Source of the DNA: Octopus bimaculoides
Lineage: Eukaryota
Length of the DNA: 64,000 nucleotides
NCBI RefSeq assembly: GCF_001194135.2
Contig: NC_068983.1
Location: 137,394,429-137,458,428, forward strand
Direction of reading: 5' to 3'
Shown one piece after another: positions 14,201 through 27,543 of this stretch. Each line of letters begins with the position of its first letter. Position 1 is the first letter of the stretch. The notes beneath the pieces are model-generated. The model did not search any database. It was not told the origin of the DNA and was given only the letters and a program-made list of their open reading frames with translations. The position numbers and the translations under genes were made by a program.

Positions 14201-16049
14201 TAAGTGTTTAAGAACAAACAACTTTGGTCAGTATCCATTCTACTAGTACTCAGGATTTTAACCCAGCTTTGCTGGATAGAAAATACATGTCATGCAATAA
14301 TGAGCTACACTGCATCTTCGTGGTTGTGGAAATTTTAAGTATAACAGACAAAAGTCACAACTCAATTCAACTTGGCCTAGCAGCAACACTTGATGCAAAG
14401 AGATTTTTTTTTTATCATTGATATATAAAAGGTTATAGAGTACTGCATACTGAATGCCAACCAGTACTTGGTTTCATCACTGTGCTGAGATCAGCTTTGT
14501 CTTTACTCTTGTGGCTTTGATAAAATAGAGTATCAGTTCAACCAACTATATACATCCCCCCTTTGTGCCAATATTGGAATACATAAATTCATTTTGTTGC
14601 TGAAAGGATTAAAATTTGCAGTTTAAATGGGGGAGTTTAATGCACGCACGCATTCACACACGTACACACACTCTCACTCTCTCATACATAATGTAGATCT
14701 GTTCTTAGTAATTGATTTATTTCATCGATCAGCTTTTCATAACTGAATGGCTTTTGTGTATCACCTTCACCCAGCCTAGATTATGTTAATGCACGGCGGA
14801 AGAATCTTTTTTTCTTCCTCCTCCCCATCTATTTGAAATCTCTCAGTTCACCCACGAATCTATAGACTGGAATTTATAGATTGAGGTAGGAGGGGGAGTA
14901 AGTTTGTTGACATTTTCTTGCTTATGGGGAAAACACGATTTATTATCATTATTAAATATAAGGCTTAATAATGCCTACGAAATAACACTTGCTATCCATT
15001 ACTGTATATTTTCCTCTTGTAAAATAATTTTTTAGATATATATGCTTGGTTTCCGTTTAGTCCACGATGATTCTGCTGACAAAAATCAGCTATAAATAAA
15101 TAAATGAAATAAAACATCACCCCACTTTTTTTTTTCATATCTTTTTTCAAATTTAATTTTATATTTAAAGTATCTTCTGGTATTTCTGAACGTTAGCTAT
15201 TTCTCTATTCAATTCGTTCTATTCTCTGCTCGTTTATTCACTCACCCACTTATATATTTTATCCACAAAGCCAGAGTGCACACACACACACACACACACA
15301 ATTTATGCTGCTCTGTCTGCTCCCTTATACTAAGGCAGAAAGCATCCACTCACCCATTTAGTTACAGCAACTGTGAACAGAACTGGCTGACTACTGCTGA
15401 CTAAGTTCACCCCGAGCGACTAAGGCTGACTACGAATATTTAGTAGTCTCTCCCTTAACTGCATATCACCCTTCTATTTCTAAAAGAAATATACATTTCT
15501 CCATACAAAATAATAATAACTAAGAATTTCCAATCACTTTCAAGTGTGTGTTTTCATGTTATTGGTGGCCGTGAATACAGCCAGAGAAAGGCTTGCCTAC
15601 ATTGTTACTGTATTCAAAGAAAAATCACCCACGGCAAGCTAGCTTAGCTATATATATATATAAATTATTCATTCTGTTTTCTTCTGTTGCTAATCTAAGC
15701 GTCTACAAACAGTATTAACTACGTTTTACCTTTCTTGTTTTGTTTTTGTTAGGTTTGTTAGTATAGAGGAAAATTCCTTTTTTTTTTTTTTTCAAAAATA
15801 ATATTAATCGTATGTTTTATACACACATTTCCCTTTTTATATTTGCTGCTGTCGTTCCAGGGTAATAATGTTGCTATTACTCACCCATTTATAAAAAGGA
15901 ATATGATTGTAAACACTATCTTCCTCGTTCGTTTCTCCTCTTTCTCCTTCAACTAAATAATTAAAACGATATGTTTTAGAATTTTTTAATTGAATTCAAT
16001 ACTTACATCTGCTATTTAACAATCTCGTCCGGTTCTGAAGCGGTTCACA

Positions 16050-16409
16050 ATGCCCCAATGTAAGGCATTCGGTTGTTCAAGTCATGATGGCCGACTCCCT
16101 CGTCATATCAGGCTGCACTGCTTCCCCAAAGATCGGGGAATGTGTCGGATATGGGCCCAGAACATGGGCGTTAGTTCCAGCCAGATAGAGAACTTCCTCG
16201 ACATGGCCTGTTCGGATAACCAGAGCATACGGCGCCGATTTCGAATCTGCACTCTGCATTTTGAACCTCATTGTTTCGAACAGAACTTCCAGTTTATGCA
16301 GAACCCACGTATCTTACTGAAGCCGAGTGCCATACCAACAATATTCCAGACGAACAATGTCCCCACACCAAAATGGTATACCAAACTGAAACTAAACAGC
16401 CAAACTGAC
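16050..16409 (+). CDS. Variable exon V1: complete THAP zinc-finger domain (120 codons, phase-0 donor)
   Basis: MPQCKAFGC..HCFPKD..W..RICTLHFE..LKPSAIPTIF shows the THAP C-x4-C, FP, W, C-x2-HF and AVPTIF-like box. Donor GAC|GTAAGG at 16409/16410; 360 nt from ATG. Confidence 0.85.
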
Positions 16410-17732
16410 GTAAGGAAATCTTTTATTTTTTGTGAACCTTTTAAATATTGCTATTTTCTTTTACACACACACACATTCTTTTTGAATCATTTAAAAGGCA
16501 AACACTATTAACTCTGTTGCATCCCCTCTATACGATGGGTTAGAAACTCATATTGCTGTTGCTAGTAACAATAGTATAATTAAGATAACTACTTTTCAAG
16601 TTAATAATGTCAGTTTTGATGCAAACAATAGCACTTGAAATATATTATCGCAGTAATCAACTTTTAGCCTTTCATCTCTTTTGGGGTCGATAAAATTAGT
16701 GCCATTTACTGGGTCATAAAAGGAACCGCCAAGAATAATAGCAGATATTGTGTTGTTAATTTGTGATAAAGTAGAGGAGTGGGTGACTGAATAAAGGAAC
16801 GGGGAGAAATTGATTGAGAAAGGAAAATAGCTAACATACCAGCATCAGTTACTTTAAATCTCAATTTCGTCTTTCCACATCTAGAGCTTTGGTGGCCTTC
16901 TACCAGAGTTAAACATTATTAAAAGCGTTACACGTGCCATTGTTTCACTACAATTAAGTCCAGGAGAATTTAGAACAACCATTGGAAGCACTAAAGTCTT
17001 TTGTTTACACAACGTTTTTGGTTTAAACGTAAGTCGGGAGGGGTATCTTAAAGTTATGTAATTTGATGATAACCAAGATCTGAAACGACAAATTTTTTTT
17101 TTCTATATTCTATCAACTTAATTGTAATCTACACCCTCGAAAACCTACCTTTTGTAAAAGTTTTATCGAAAGACGCATTTTTTAGAGAGAGACGTTGTAG
17201 TTGGTTGAATTAACTCAGTACATAAGAGCTATGTTTATTTACATTATCATATAGCAGGAAGTCGACCGTCATTTTATAAAGTTTGGAAATTACACATTAT
17301 TAAAGTGTTCATGTTCTTATTTTTACACATAATATTGTTTCATTTTGTTGTGCTCCATTGCTGTTAGCATAACACAAACTTGTTTCGTTGTATTAAATAT
17401 TTTAATTATCTCTTCAATTTCCTTCCATAATTAAGGCTAGTAAAGGTGTAAAACTTATAATAATATAGATATCTAAATAATGATTATAATAGCCATCAAT
17501 TTATGGGATATGCTGCTAATAAAGAACACCATTAATAACTCCCATTTGAAATTATTTTTGTGTAAGTATACAATATATTTAAAAAATATTTTCTTTATTT
17601 TATCATTATTTAAGATTTTATCTGTAGTTGACAATCTATATATTTTCAAAGAATGTTTGAGCTTTACTTGTAACTTTCAAACGCGTGTACTTGTTTTAAT
17701 AGGAGGGACAAGGTGATGAAATTTGATCTTCA

Positions 17733-18012
17733 GTTGTTGAGCCTCATGCAGGCTTATGGCAAGTGACCGAGACTTCTGGCGATTTGCTGTACTTGAGAAG
17801 ATACGTCAAGCTAATTGAATTATGGCCAGTGCCGGTGACATGTAAAAGACACCTAGTACACTCTGTAAAGTAGTTGGTATTAGGAAGGACATCCAGCCGG
17901 AGAAACCAAGCCAAAACAGACAACTGGGGCCTGGTGCAGCTCCATGGTTTACCTGTACCAGTCAAAGCGTCTAACCCATGCTAGCATGGAAAATGGACGT
18001 TAAATGATGATA
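17733..18012 (+). mobile_element. RTE-type LINE 3' end
   Basis: Decayed ORF end (..SDRDFWRFAVLEK..) followed by the tail CCCATGCTAGCATGGAAAATGGACGTTAAATGATGAT, which recurs in the window (about 2190, 12620, 22450, 49090, 62510). Confidence 0.7.
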
Positions 18013-18990
18013 GGAAGCATCATCAATAGATGAGTTTTGCTAAACATATCAAAGCTTGCGAAGCTTAATGTTTGTCTTAGTTATTTTATATTTTAACTCT
18101 CCTTCTCTCATATACGTTCTTCTAGATTTCAACAAATGTCTCTCAGTTTTCCAATTAATGGAACTACCTACTCATTAACTTGTACCATAAATTTAGACTT
18201 GAGGAAAAATCAACATGCACTGTGAGATAGAACTGGAACCTTAAAACAGAAATACAGTCTGTTTGCTGGCCTCCACATGGTTTCCACATTATCCAATTTC
18301 ATTCACAAGGCTTCAGTCAATCTTAGACTGTTACATGATATTTGCCTGCCATGAAGTTGGAACAAACCTAAAACCACATAATTGCAAAGCAAACTTCTTA
18401 GCCACATGTCCAATGTGCTTGATATACAAAGAAATGCACTCGGACTTTGTGCAGATGCATATAGAAATAGGTATCATATAGCATGCATTTCTTTAATATA
18501 ACTGGGAAGAGGGACTAGCTATACAAAGCTTAGAACTTCAAATGGCAAACTTCCTACATATACATCCAGTGTCCAACTTTCTCTTTTATGTGTATGTAAT
18601 TACATGGATCACATTTACCTTTATGAGGATTTTCATATATACATGAGTGGACAAATGAAAGAAAAAGGCATTCGAAATCTGGCTTGTTCAGGCTTCAGGT
18701 AACTAATACTGAATAAGATGGGTTTCTGTTAACAGGCCTACAAAACTTTAATTCACATGGAGCCAAATCAAAGTGTTTTAAATAGTAACACACACACACA
18801 CACACACTCACATATCATATTTATTATACATATGGGAGAAAAGACGCGTGTGTATTAATCAGAGGTATACTAAGCAGCAATGATTGAAATATAGTTGTGT
18901 ATAATTATATTTAACATGTTTATGTACACTCAAAAGTGGAAAGATTTCCACTGCAAAGACTGTCTCTGGAGAGAAATTCTTATAGATTCT

Positions 18991-19174
18991 ATGGATGGGG
19001 GGCACTACTGGGCTAACGAAAATTTCTCCCCAAAAAGATTTTGCAACTGAGGTCTTTCAAATTTTGGGTGTAACACTATATTAAATATATTTGTACACAC
19101 TTGTGTGTGTAGACTTTTGCTGCAAAAACTTTTAGGAGAGAAATTCTTAACCTAGTAGTGCCCTCCCCCAATCC

Positions 19175-19176
<2 letters not shown>
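18991..19176. mobile_element. MITE with degenerate ~55-bp terminal inverted repeats
   Basis: ATGGATGGGGGGCACTACTGGGCTAACGAAAATTTCTCC.. pairs imperfectly with ..GGAGAGAAATTCTTAACCTAGTAGTGCCCTCCCCCAATCCAT. Confidence 0.6.
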
Positions 19177-19221
<45 letters not shown>

Positions 19222-21165
19222 TACGTACATACATAATGGTTGTCCACCCGGAAGAGGATCATAACTATCACTGTGAAGTAGTGTCAGCAATGCCTGTGGA
19301 AGAGTTTTAAGTTGAGTACTGCAGCTTATACAGCACCACGACTCTCACTAGCAATACCAAGAAGCCTAGAGACAAAGTGTAAGATATATGGCTCAGAGCA
19401 GCAGGTTTTATGTACAAGTTAGCCTTCTAGAGAGATGCCTTAACATGGACCAGGAATCCCTCATTCCCAGTGGGCTTACTGCGCCCTCGGACACCAACCA
19501 GCTTATATATATATAGACACACATTATGCACTTGCACTCGTGCATGAGTTTGTGTGAAGAGTGTTTGGCTCACGATCATAAGTTCATAGCTTCAATTCCT
19601 GGACTAGGAAACATCATGTCCTTAAGCAAAGCATATCAGTTCACATTGCTCCAGTTTACTCGGCTAAAAATGAGTGGCAGCCCTCTCTTCCTCCAGTCGT
19701 TTTTCTGTTGGGTTCAAAGGTGAGAAGGCCCTTGGGTGTCTCCGTCAGCTCACATTAGGGTTAGTACCGAGAACAAAAAAAAAAAAAAAAACGCCTGGTA
19801 CAAACTATCAGATCATACTCGCTTGCGAATGACGGCTATTTTTATATGTACATTTGTAGAGATGTACATGAATATATATATATATATACACACGCACATA
19901 CATATATATATATACACACACACACACTTATGTGAACGTAAATTGTTATAGGGATGCTGATATTTATTTTTTTAATCTAATCATTTTCTTAATGAAAAAA
20001 TAAACAGCTTCAAGCCTGTGGCAATAAATAACCTTTTCCCATTTAATGATAGCAGCAGTCACTATCAAATGTTTATATAGCTGTTGTAAATACTCGCTTC
20101 GGTTTTGTGGTAAATAATGACTATGTAGATGTTTACTTGGTAGGAAGGACTATTTCAGTTGGTAGACAACATAGAACTTGCTGCTTTCTACGTCAGCAGT
20201 TTGTGTAGTATACGTTATGTACATTAGGGGTACTACTTATGTTCAGGCCTGTTATCGCGAACGGCTTTCAGTTGCAATCTGATGTCAGCGACCTCGTATT
20301 ATTAATCAACGTAGCTATTCTTGATGCCATTTCTCTTGTTTCGTCCTGTGGTTCTGTTTCTCTGTTTTGGAGTACATCTTGTTGGCCTCTTCTATTTTCT
20401 AAGCCTGCTGTGGAATGTTTCAGCCGATGCACTCATTCTCGTGGCGTATTGTTTCGCTCTCTGCCAACTTCGTTCGTCACCCACTGTGTAATAATAACTT
20501 GTGTTATCGGACTACAGTATATCACACATCTCTGTCTGCCTTATCACTCCAGTTAAAAACTTACACAACTGAACAATCTCTAGTCTACTTACACGTGTTT
20601 ATAATCCTTTCTGTTTTATGTTTATGTTCATTTTATATCTCTTTATTGAGTGTACATAAGATAAATATCTATTGTCTTCTTACGTGATTTAATTGAATGT
20701 CACCAACAACGTACTACTACTGCTACTATTTCGATCGAGAATTATACAGTAGTCTTGTTATCACATGAATAACAACTTTAGATATCTTAGCGCCAGTCAC
20801 TACTTTGCTCAGTTCGATGCTCGTAACAATTTTAATACTGTTATTGACTGCATTTAATCATCTAACGCTGTTGTTGCATTCACAACTCCTTTTAAAATTA
20901 TGCAGATATCAGCTGTTATATAATTTAAACGCCACGTTTCTTTTCCTTGAAAGAGATTGTCTCATTTGCTTTATGTATAAAGTTATGCATTTTAAATTAA
21001 AATATTGAGCTTCGATTCCTGAATCAATCACCCATGTACTTTTGTGTTCAAATGCATCGTAAGGAATAATATACATATGAAGGGATTGAATTTTTTAAAG
21101 TTATATAACTTTAGTGTTACTGTTTTTTTCAATTGTTCAGCATTTTACTTGATTTATATACTATA

Positions 21166-22260
21166 ATGGCAACTCAAGAGTCACAGAATGAGAGTTCCGC
21201 CGCCAATATTGAGGCCCATTCTACAAAGCGTGCCGAAGTCAGTGCCTGCGAGAAATTTGGTGAATATATTTTTTCTAAAGGAGAAAAATTACGACTCCAT
21301 CAGTTGTTGTTGCAAATTGCTCGTGGTGATATGGAAGCCAAGCATCGCTTGAAAAATTATCTTTGTAGTTTTTTCCCTGATTTACGTAAAGATGACGGTA
21401 CTTGGTATAAACACGCCGGTCTACGAGGTATTCGTTATGGCCTTTATCGCTTCATACTTAAGAGGGGCATCGATATATTAAATGACCCTTATTTCCTAGA
21501 GGCTAACAGAGTGTGGCAGAAGCATTCTTATAGTCTACAACAAACATTCTCAGCTGTCGGGAATGCCAAATCCGCAATAACTCTTGCTGATTTACAAAAA
21601 GCCTACAGCTGGTGTAACAGTGATCTGAATAATCCAAACAAGCTCCAGAAACGTGTCTTTATGGACATCGTCTTGTTTTTTGGTCGTAACGGCTATAAAT
21701 GCCTCTCACAATTAACGAAACTTCATTTTCGCGTTAACAAGGATCAGAAGTTTGGTTTGCAATCTATAATCCTCACTGATGGTATTGTCAACACTGGCGA
21801 AAAGACTCCGACCGAATTAAGTAACACGAGTTGTAGGATGATACATGAAGTTCCAAATGAAGCATTGTGTCCTGTTAAAATTTTTGTAAGCTACTTATCA
21901 AGATTGCACCCACAAAGTGATAAGTTCTTTTGTCAACCCCGCTTTGGAGATGTGACAAATTCGCCTACCTGGTACACATTGCAACCACATGGCGGCAAGA
22001 GCATAGCTAACTTTATGAGAGAAATATCATCCAAAGCACACCTCTCACATTCATACACCAACCAATGTCTTCGTGCCACACTCAGCAGTCTCATTGTCTC
22101 AGATAAATTAGATCTGAAGAGCATACAGAAAGTAATCACTTACCAGTTACCTGGGCCAAAGTTGGACAGTGTCTCTTCTGAGAAGCCACCAATTGATGCC
22201 AAGCAGCACCATTTCAAAAGATTGATTTCAGCTGATTCTTCACTTTCATGGATATTTGAG
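21166..22260 (+). CDS. Variable exon V2: Crypton tyrosine-recombinase-derived (DUF3504-like) domain, probably catalytically dead (365 codons, phase-0 donor)
   Basis: Intact ORF with RKDDGTWY, NPNKLQKRVF, CPVKIFVSYLSRLHP, WY..PHGGKSIANFM and YTNQCLRAT motifs of the Crypton/KCTD1/ZMYM/QRICH1-type domain. Acceptor TTTTTTTCAATTGTTCAG| at 21140/21141; donor GAG|GTTAGT at 22260/22261. Confidence 0.85.
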
Positions 22261-22447
22261 GTTAGTCGAATTTTCTCTTTCACATCAATAAAGATTTATG
22301 TTCAGATTAAGGCATACTGGGAGTTTTGAACAGATTTTTAAGCAATGTATATGATTCATTGACTTAAAAAAAAAAAAAATTTTATCATGTTTGCACAACA
22401 GATACTTTTCAAAATCTCTCTCATTACACTGGTACATGTTTTAATTA

Positions 22448-23381
22448 CATCATCATCATCGTTTAACGTCCGCTTTCCATGCTAGCATGGGTTGGACGAT
22501 TTGACTGAGGACTGGTGAAACCGGATGGCAACACCAGGCTCCAGTCTGATTTGGCAGAGTTTCTACAGCTGGATGCCCTTCCTAACGCCAACCACTCAGA
22601 GAGTGTAGTGGGTGCTTTTACGTGTCACCCGCACGAAAACGGCCACGCTCGAAATGGTGTCTTTTATGTGCCNNNNNNNNNNNNNNNNNNNNNNNNNNNN
22701 NNNNNNNNNNNNNNNNNNNNNNNNNNNNNNNNNNNNNNNNNNNNNNNNNNNNNNNNNNNNNNNNNNNNNNNNNNNNNNNNNNNNNNNNNNNNNNNNNNNN
22801 NNNNNNNNNNNNNNNNNNNNNNNNNNNNNNNNNNNNNNNNNNNNNNNNNNNNNNNNNNNNNNNNNNNNNNNNNNNNNNNNNNNNNNNNNNNNNNNNNNNN
22901 NNNNNNNNNNNNNNNNNNNNNNNNNNNNNNNNNNNNNNNNNNNNNNNNNNNNNNNNNNNNNNNNNNNNNNNNNNNNNNNNNNNNNNNNNNNNNNNNNNNN
23001 NNNNNNNNNNNNNNNNNNNNNNNNNNNNNNNNNNNNNNNNNNNNNNNNNNNNNNNNNNNNNNNNNNNNNNCTTACACTCTGACGGGTATTCACATTGACA
23101 TTACACATCCAACGGAGCATACTGGCTTCATTCCTTGCGAGCTTACGTATGTCCTCAGCAGTTACAGCCCATGTTTCACTGCCATGTAGCATGGTTGTTC
23201 GTACGCATGCGTCATACAGTCTGCCTTTTACTCTGAGTGAGAGTCCCTTTGTCGCCAGCAGGGGTAAGAGCTCTCTAAACTTTGCCCAGGCTATTCTTAT
23301 TCTAGCAGCTACACTTTCAGCGCACCCACCCCCACTACTAACTTGGTCGCCCAGATAGCGGAAGCTATCGACTACCTCTAG
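22448..23381 (-). mobile_element. 5'-truncated, young RTE-type LINE (contains an N gap)
   Basis: Minus frame EVVDSFRYLGDQVSSGGGCAESVAARIRIAWAKFRELLPLLATKGLSLRVKGRLYDACVRTTMLHGSETWA.. is typical of the RTE RT C-terminus. (CAT)n tail at 22448; CpGs retained. Confidence 0.9.
22673..23070. other. Assembly gap (N run)
   Basis: Direct reading. Confidence 1.
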
Positions 23382-24516
23382 TTTTTATTAGGTTGCAGTA
23401 TTCTGCAGCCTGTAGTTTTGTATTGCTCACTGGTGTTGAATTTATCCATCCAGAGTTACTGAAATGTGCATCAGTAAATCTTCTGCATCAATTGATTAAT
23501 CTACATGACTCAGTTTGAAAATTGCCAAATGACTAATATTGATAATATATATATATCTAAACAATTTAACAGGTGATATGCTTGATTGGAGGAATACTAT
23601 TCATTGATTACAGTGAAATATAAACCTTATATCACATTTAAGACACATTCAATTGAGCCTACTTTGAAACATATTTTCTTTATTTTGTTAAGCAGGAAGG
23701 ATAGTTCTCATGACCTTTATAGGCCCTTCCAGACTAGTAAAACTGATTCCATTGACATTCTGTTTAAACTATGACAAGTCAATGACTGCAGTAAAGTCCA
23801 GGTCGCAATGTATACCCCTCATTGAAGGTATTGTTGCTAGTGTCAACAACACCTTTTGGAGAGTATTTGGGGGTGGGAGTGCAGTGTTCTGTTATTGATT
23901 AGTGCAGAGCCTAGACTATGGAGGAGAGTTACAATATGAGTGATGAAAGGAGGTGAGATAAATAAGTCAACAGTACTTGTGTTTTGGCTTGAGACCAGCC
24001 AGCTTTGAAGTGCAGAGACTATTGTTGTCACAGCAGAAAAGGCAGAAAGAAAACAGCACTTTTTTGACAGCCAAAGGCTCTGAGTGTGCTTGTGAGTATC
24101 CTGATTACAGTGTTTTCAACATTGCATACCACTACATACTCTGCAATTTTTGAAACCAATGAAATAAAATAACTTGAAAATAGGTGATGGTTGGCAACAG
24201 GAAAGGCATACGGTTTTCTCTACCTTACACTAATTCCATTGCAATTTTCACTCTCCCTACTTCTCTTATTTTTTTAACTCCACTTTACCTCTAGAGAATC
24301 TTGGATTCCAGTTTTCTATTTTTTCTTCCCTGTATTATTCTGAGTTACAAAATTTGGTAGATTCATTGAAAGTTTGTATGTGTTGCCTTGCTTTGGATTG
24401 TCAAATCTTTGATGGAGTTGCGACATACCATGTCTTCAGTATTTTTAAACTGCGTTTAGAATTGGGGTTGAATGTTTTGAACATTACGCAGTACAATGTA
24501 TTCTTCTAAATGCTTG

Positions 24517-24550
<34 letters not shown>

Positions 24551-26557
24551 CTCATTGGTGTAATTATAGTTTAGTATCCATTCCCACCCCAGATTTTGTT
24601 TCTTAGTAACTTTTGTAATTCTACAAATTTTGCTTGTGCCAAGGAATCAGCCAATTTATATTCTCTCTTTGGATGGCTTAATTTCTTAGATATTACCTTT
24701 TCTTAAACATTAAAAAGATATACTATGGCATAAAAAGTTTATTTATTGTCATCTGTGAGTTTCTTTACGGTTTCAAATCTACCATGTTACATTTAAAATA
24801 ACTTCTGTTGTCTCAAATTTTAAAAAAATTTTGAATTGGTACATGTCGGATGATCAAATGTACTTCAGCTCTGATCATCTCCTCTTTTTAATGGCTATCT
24901 TGAACTACATTATCTAAAGCAGTAGTTATTAGACTTTTGTACCTCAGTGCTTCCTTCCAGGAAATGGTTTTCATAGGTTCTAACTCCACTTTGTCTTTAA
25001 AAAATAATAATAATAAAAATTTTAAAAAAAGATGCAAACAGATACTAATTTTGCAGGTAATTTATTATACCTATTATTGTAGCCTGTTCAGCATATGCTT
25101 TTTAGATGTTTGCTTGGGTATTGCCCCCTATGTTAAATTTTTATGGAAATTAGTATAGAAGACAAGGACCTATATAATGAAATTATACTGGACCTTGGCA
25201 CATCATCAGTTGTTTCTACTTGCTGATATGTATGCCTTAAAATTTTAACTTTTAAAAGTTTTTTTTTTTTTTGATGTGTTTCAAATACGACTACCTGGTT
25301 TATATTTTATTTATGAGAAAAATTATTATGCCCACTTCCCACATTTGCTGTGCTTTGTGAGCTCACAATGTCTGTGAGTGGTCATTGTATCCCTGGTTAA
25401 AAGCTACTTATCTGGGACGACAGAGTATACTTAACATTGAGTGACCACCTAACAATTATTTTTTAAACACCCCCCTTCAGTATTTAAACATAAAATAGTA
25501 TAAAAATAGTAGACAGTAACTCCCTTGAAAGGTTTTGTCTACTAAGACAAAATATTTCATGTGTTGTGATAGTGTAGTGCATCTTAAGAAATATTCTTAT
25601 TGTTACTAACCGGTCATATTTATGCTAACATTAAGCAATTTTAAGTCCATAAACTGGACCCCCTGTTTGGCAATATCAAATATATGACTATTCTTCGTAC
25701 TTTTTTTTTCTAAATTATCACGCATCCATACTTCAGTTCTGGTTTGTAATTGGCGTGTACAGTGAAAGTAGAGTCAAACGGTACCGTCTTTTCTGATTCG
25801 GTAGGTAGAGTGACATTTTTTATCTGGCAATTGTCACCAGTGATGGTGGGGGTTCTATCCAGGATACAATCCCTTCCTGGTGGGTGGTTGGCTAGGCTGA
25901 AGATGTATTATTATTTTGACATCATATACTTTCAGGGTCCCTCAAATAAGTTGTACCATTACAAGAAATCTTTATTATTCTTGGGATGATTAAAGTATTG
26001 GGCCAGAATCGGAAATGATTGTTACCATTGAACAACCCATATAAAGAGGTTGTAAATGTACCAGGTGGCCCCAACTTCTAAAATATTTTGATAACTTAAT
26101 TCAGCTTGTGCTTATATTTGCATTAAGTGTGTTCAATAATCTAGTTTTGAAGGATGACGAATTTCAACAATATGTTATAGATACTTTATATCGGTTTCTG
26201 TGGAATTTGATTTCAAACAAACGCGATGTTGCCCGATGCAATTTTATACCTGAGTGTACTCGTAGTGTATTTGACAGCTTACGATCTGTTGCTGTTATGG
26301 TTTATTTCCCTTGCTACATTTCAGCTGTAGGGCAGCATAAGCCAATCAGCAGTGAGTGTTTGCGTCATATGATAGTGTCTGTGCTGCTAACTCAGACAAA
26401 CATTGAATTGTACGTCTGTCAGCCCCCCTCCCCTATTTGTATTTCTTTATGAAATCTTTTACCGTAAACATCCTCGAATTATAAGAAAACAAAAGAAACG
26501 TTGTCTGACTGTAAAAAATATTGATTTACTTTTCCACTTTGTTATCTATGCAATACG

Positions 26558-26758
26558 ATGGTTAAACGGTGTTGTTATGGTACATGTAACACTGACAATA
26601 GATTTCCCGAGAGGTTGGCGGGCGGTGTTCAGTTCATACCTTTTCCGAAGCCCAAACAAAACCTAGAGAAATGTCTACGATGGATTCTGTGCTGTGGTAG
26701 ACCTTCCTATCAATTCAACGTTAATCGCATCAGCAGAGCAACATATATTTGTACCAAG
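26558..26758 (+). CDS. Variable exon V3: N-terminal part of a split THAP domain (67 codons, ends ..YICTK, phase 0)
   Basis: MVKRCCYGTCNTD..FIPFPKPK..CLRW..CGRP..YICTK. Donor AAG|GTATAA at 26758/26759; the final His ligand is missing from this exon. Confidence 0.9.
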
Positions 26759-27478
26759 GTATAATTTTATCATTTTTACGAACTGTAGTTTCTCGGGTTT
26801 ATTTTAAATGTTTGCCTTTATCCTAATTTGAAAACTGATGTCTCTAGCAAGTCGAGATCTGTTTGTGTGCCTATGTAGTATTTGAGTGAGAACGAGAACT
26901 TACACACACACACACACACACAGTTCAAATTAGGTATTATATTACTTATCAAAACATGCAAAATTTTACATTATTCAAAGTGAATGTTTGTTCATGCGAT
27001 ATTATACATCTTACATTACTGCACACGGGCTTTACTTTAAAAGCAGTAAATACGAGTTTTTACTTTATTTCCTTTTTAATTTCAAAGTAATACCATGAAT
27101 ATTCATCTCTTGTTATCAATATCAAATCTATAGTCGATTATCTTAGTTTGATGTCTACCTTCATTTTTGTTTATCATAAAAATTCAGGAGCAGCTCATGA
27201 TTATTCATTTTAATTTTTAAAAATAGGTAAAGAAGTCAATATATTTGCTTCCCATGTGTTCTTGATATTCGTTATTATTAGAGCCTAAGGTTGACAGCGA
27301 GAACTTTTGTTGGCTTTTGTAATAGATATCAATCAGAATGTATTGACTATATCCTGCTTAACCATCTTCACTAGTTCAGTAGACAAGCCTTAATAGAAAT
27401 AGCATTTTTGTTGGTATCAACAAAAGCTTCATTGGTTTTAATGAAGTAGGTAAATTATCCTAATCCGTTTTAACATCC

Positions 27479-27540
<62 letters not shown>
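27479..27540. repeat. (TA)n microsatellite
   Basis: Direct reading. Confidence 0.95.

Positions 27541-27543
<3 letters not shown>

Noticed and set aside
20090-20560. Minus-strand charged peptide pieces vaguely like a Helitron N-terminus; plus-strand 105-aa ORF
   Set aside because: Multiple stops and no diagnostic motif; more likely the promoter region of V2.
21141-21152. The V2 acceptor is followed by CAT TTT ACT TGA (HFT*)
   Set aside because: No split THAP lies upstream of it in the window and the frame stops at once; treated as coincidence.
22515-23192. Long ORFs of 156-224 aa
   Set aside because: Mostly N gap; only the minus-strand RTE portion is real.
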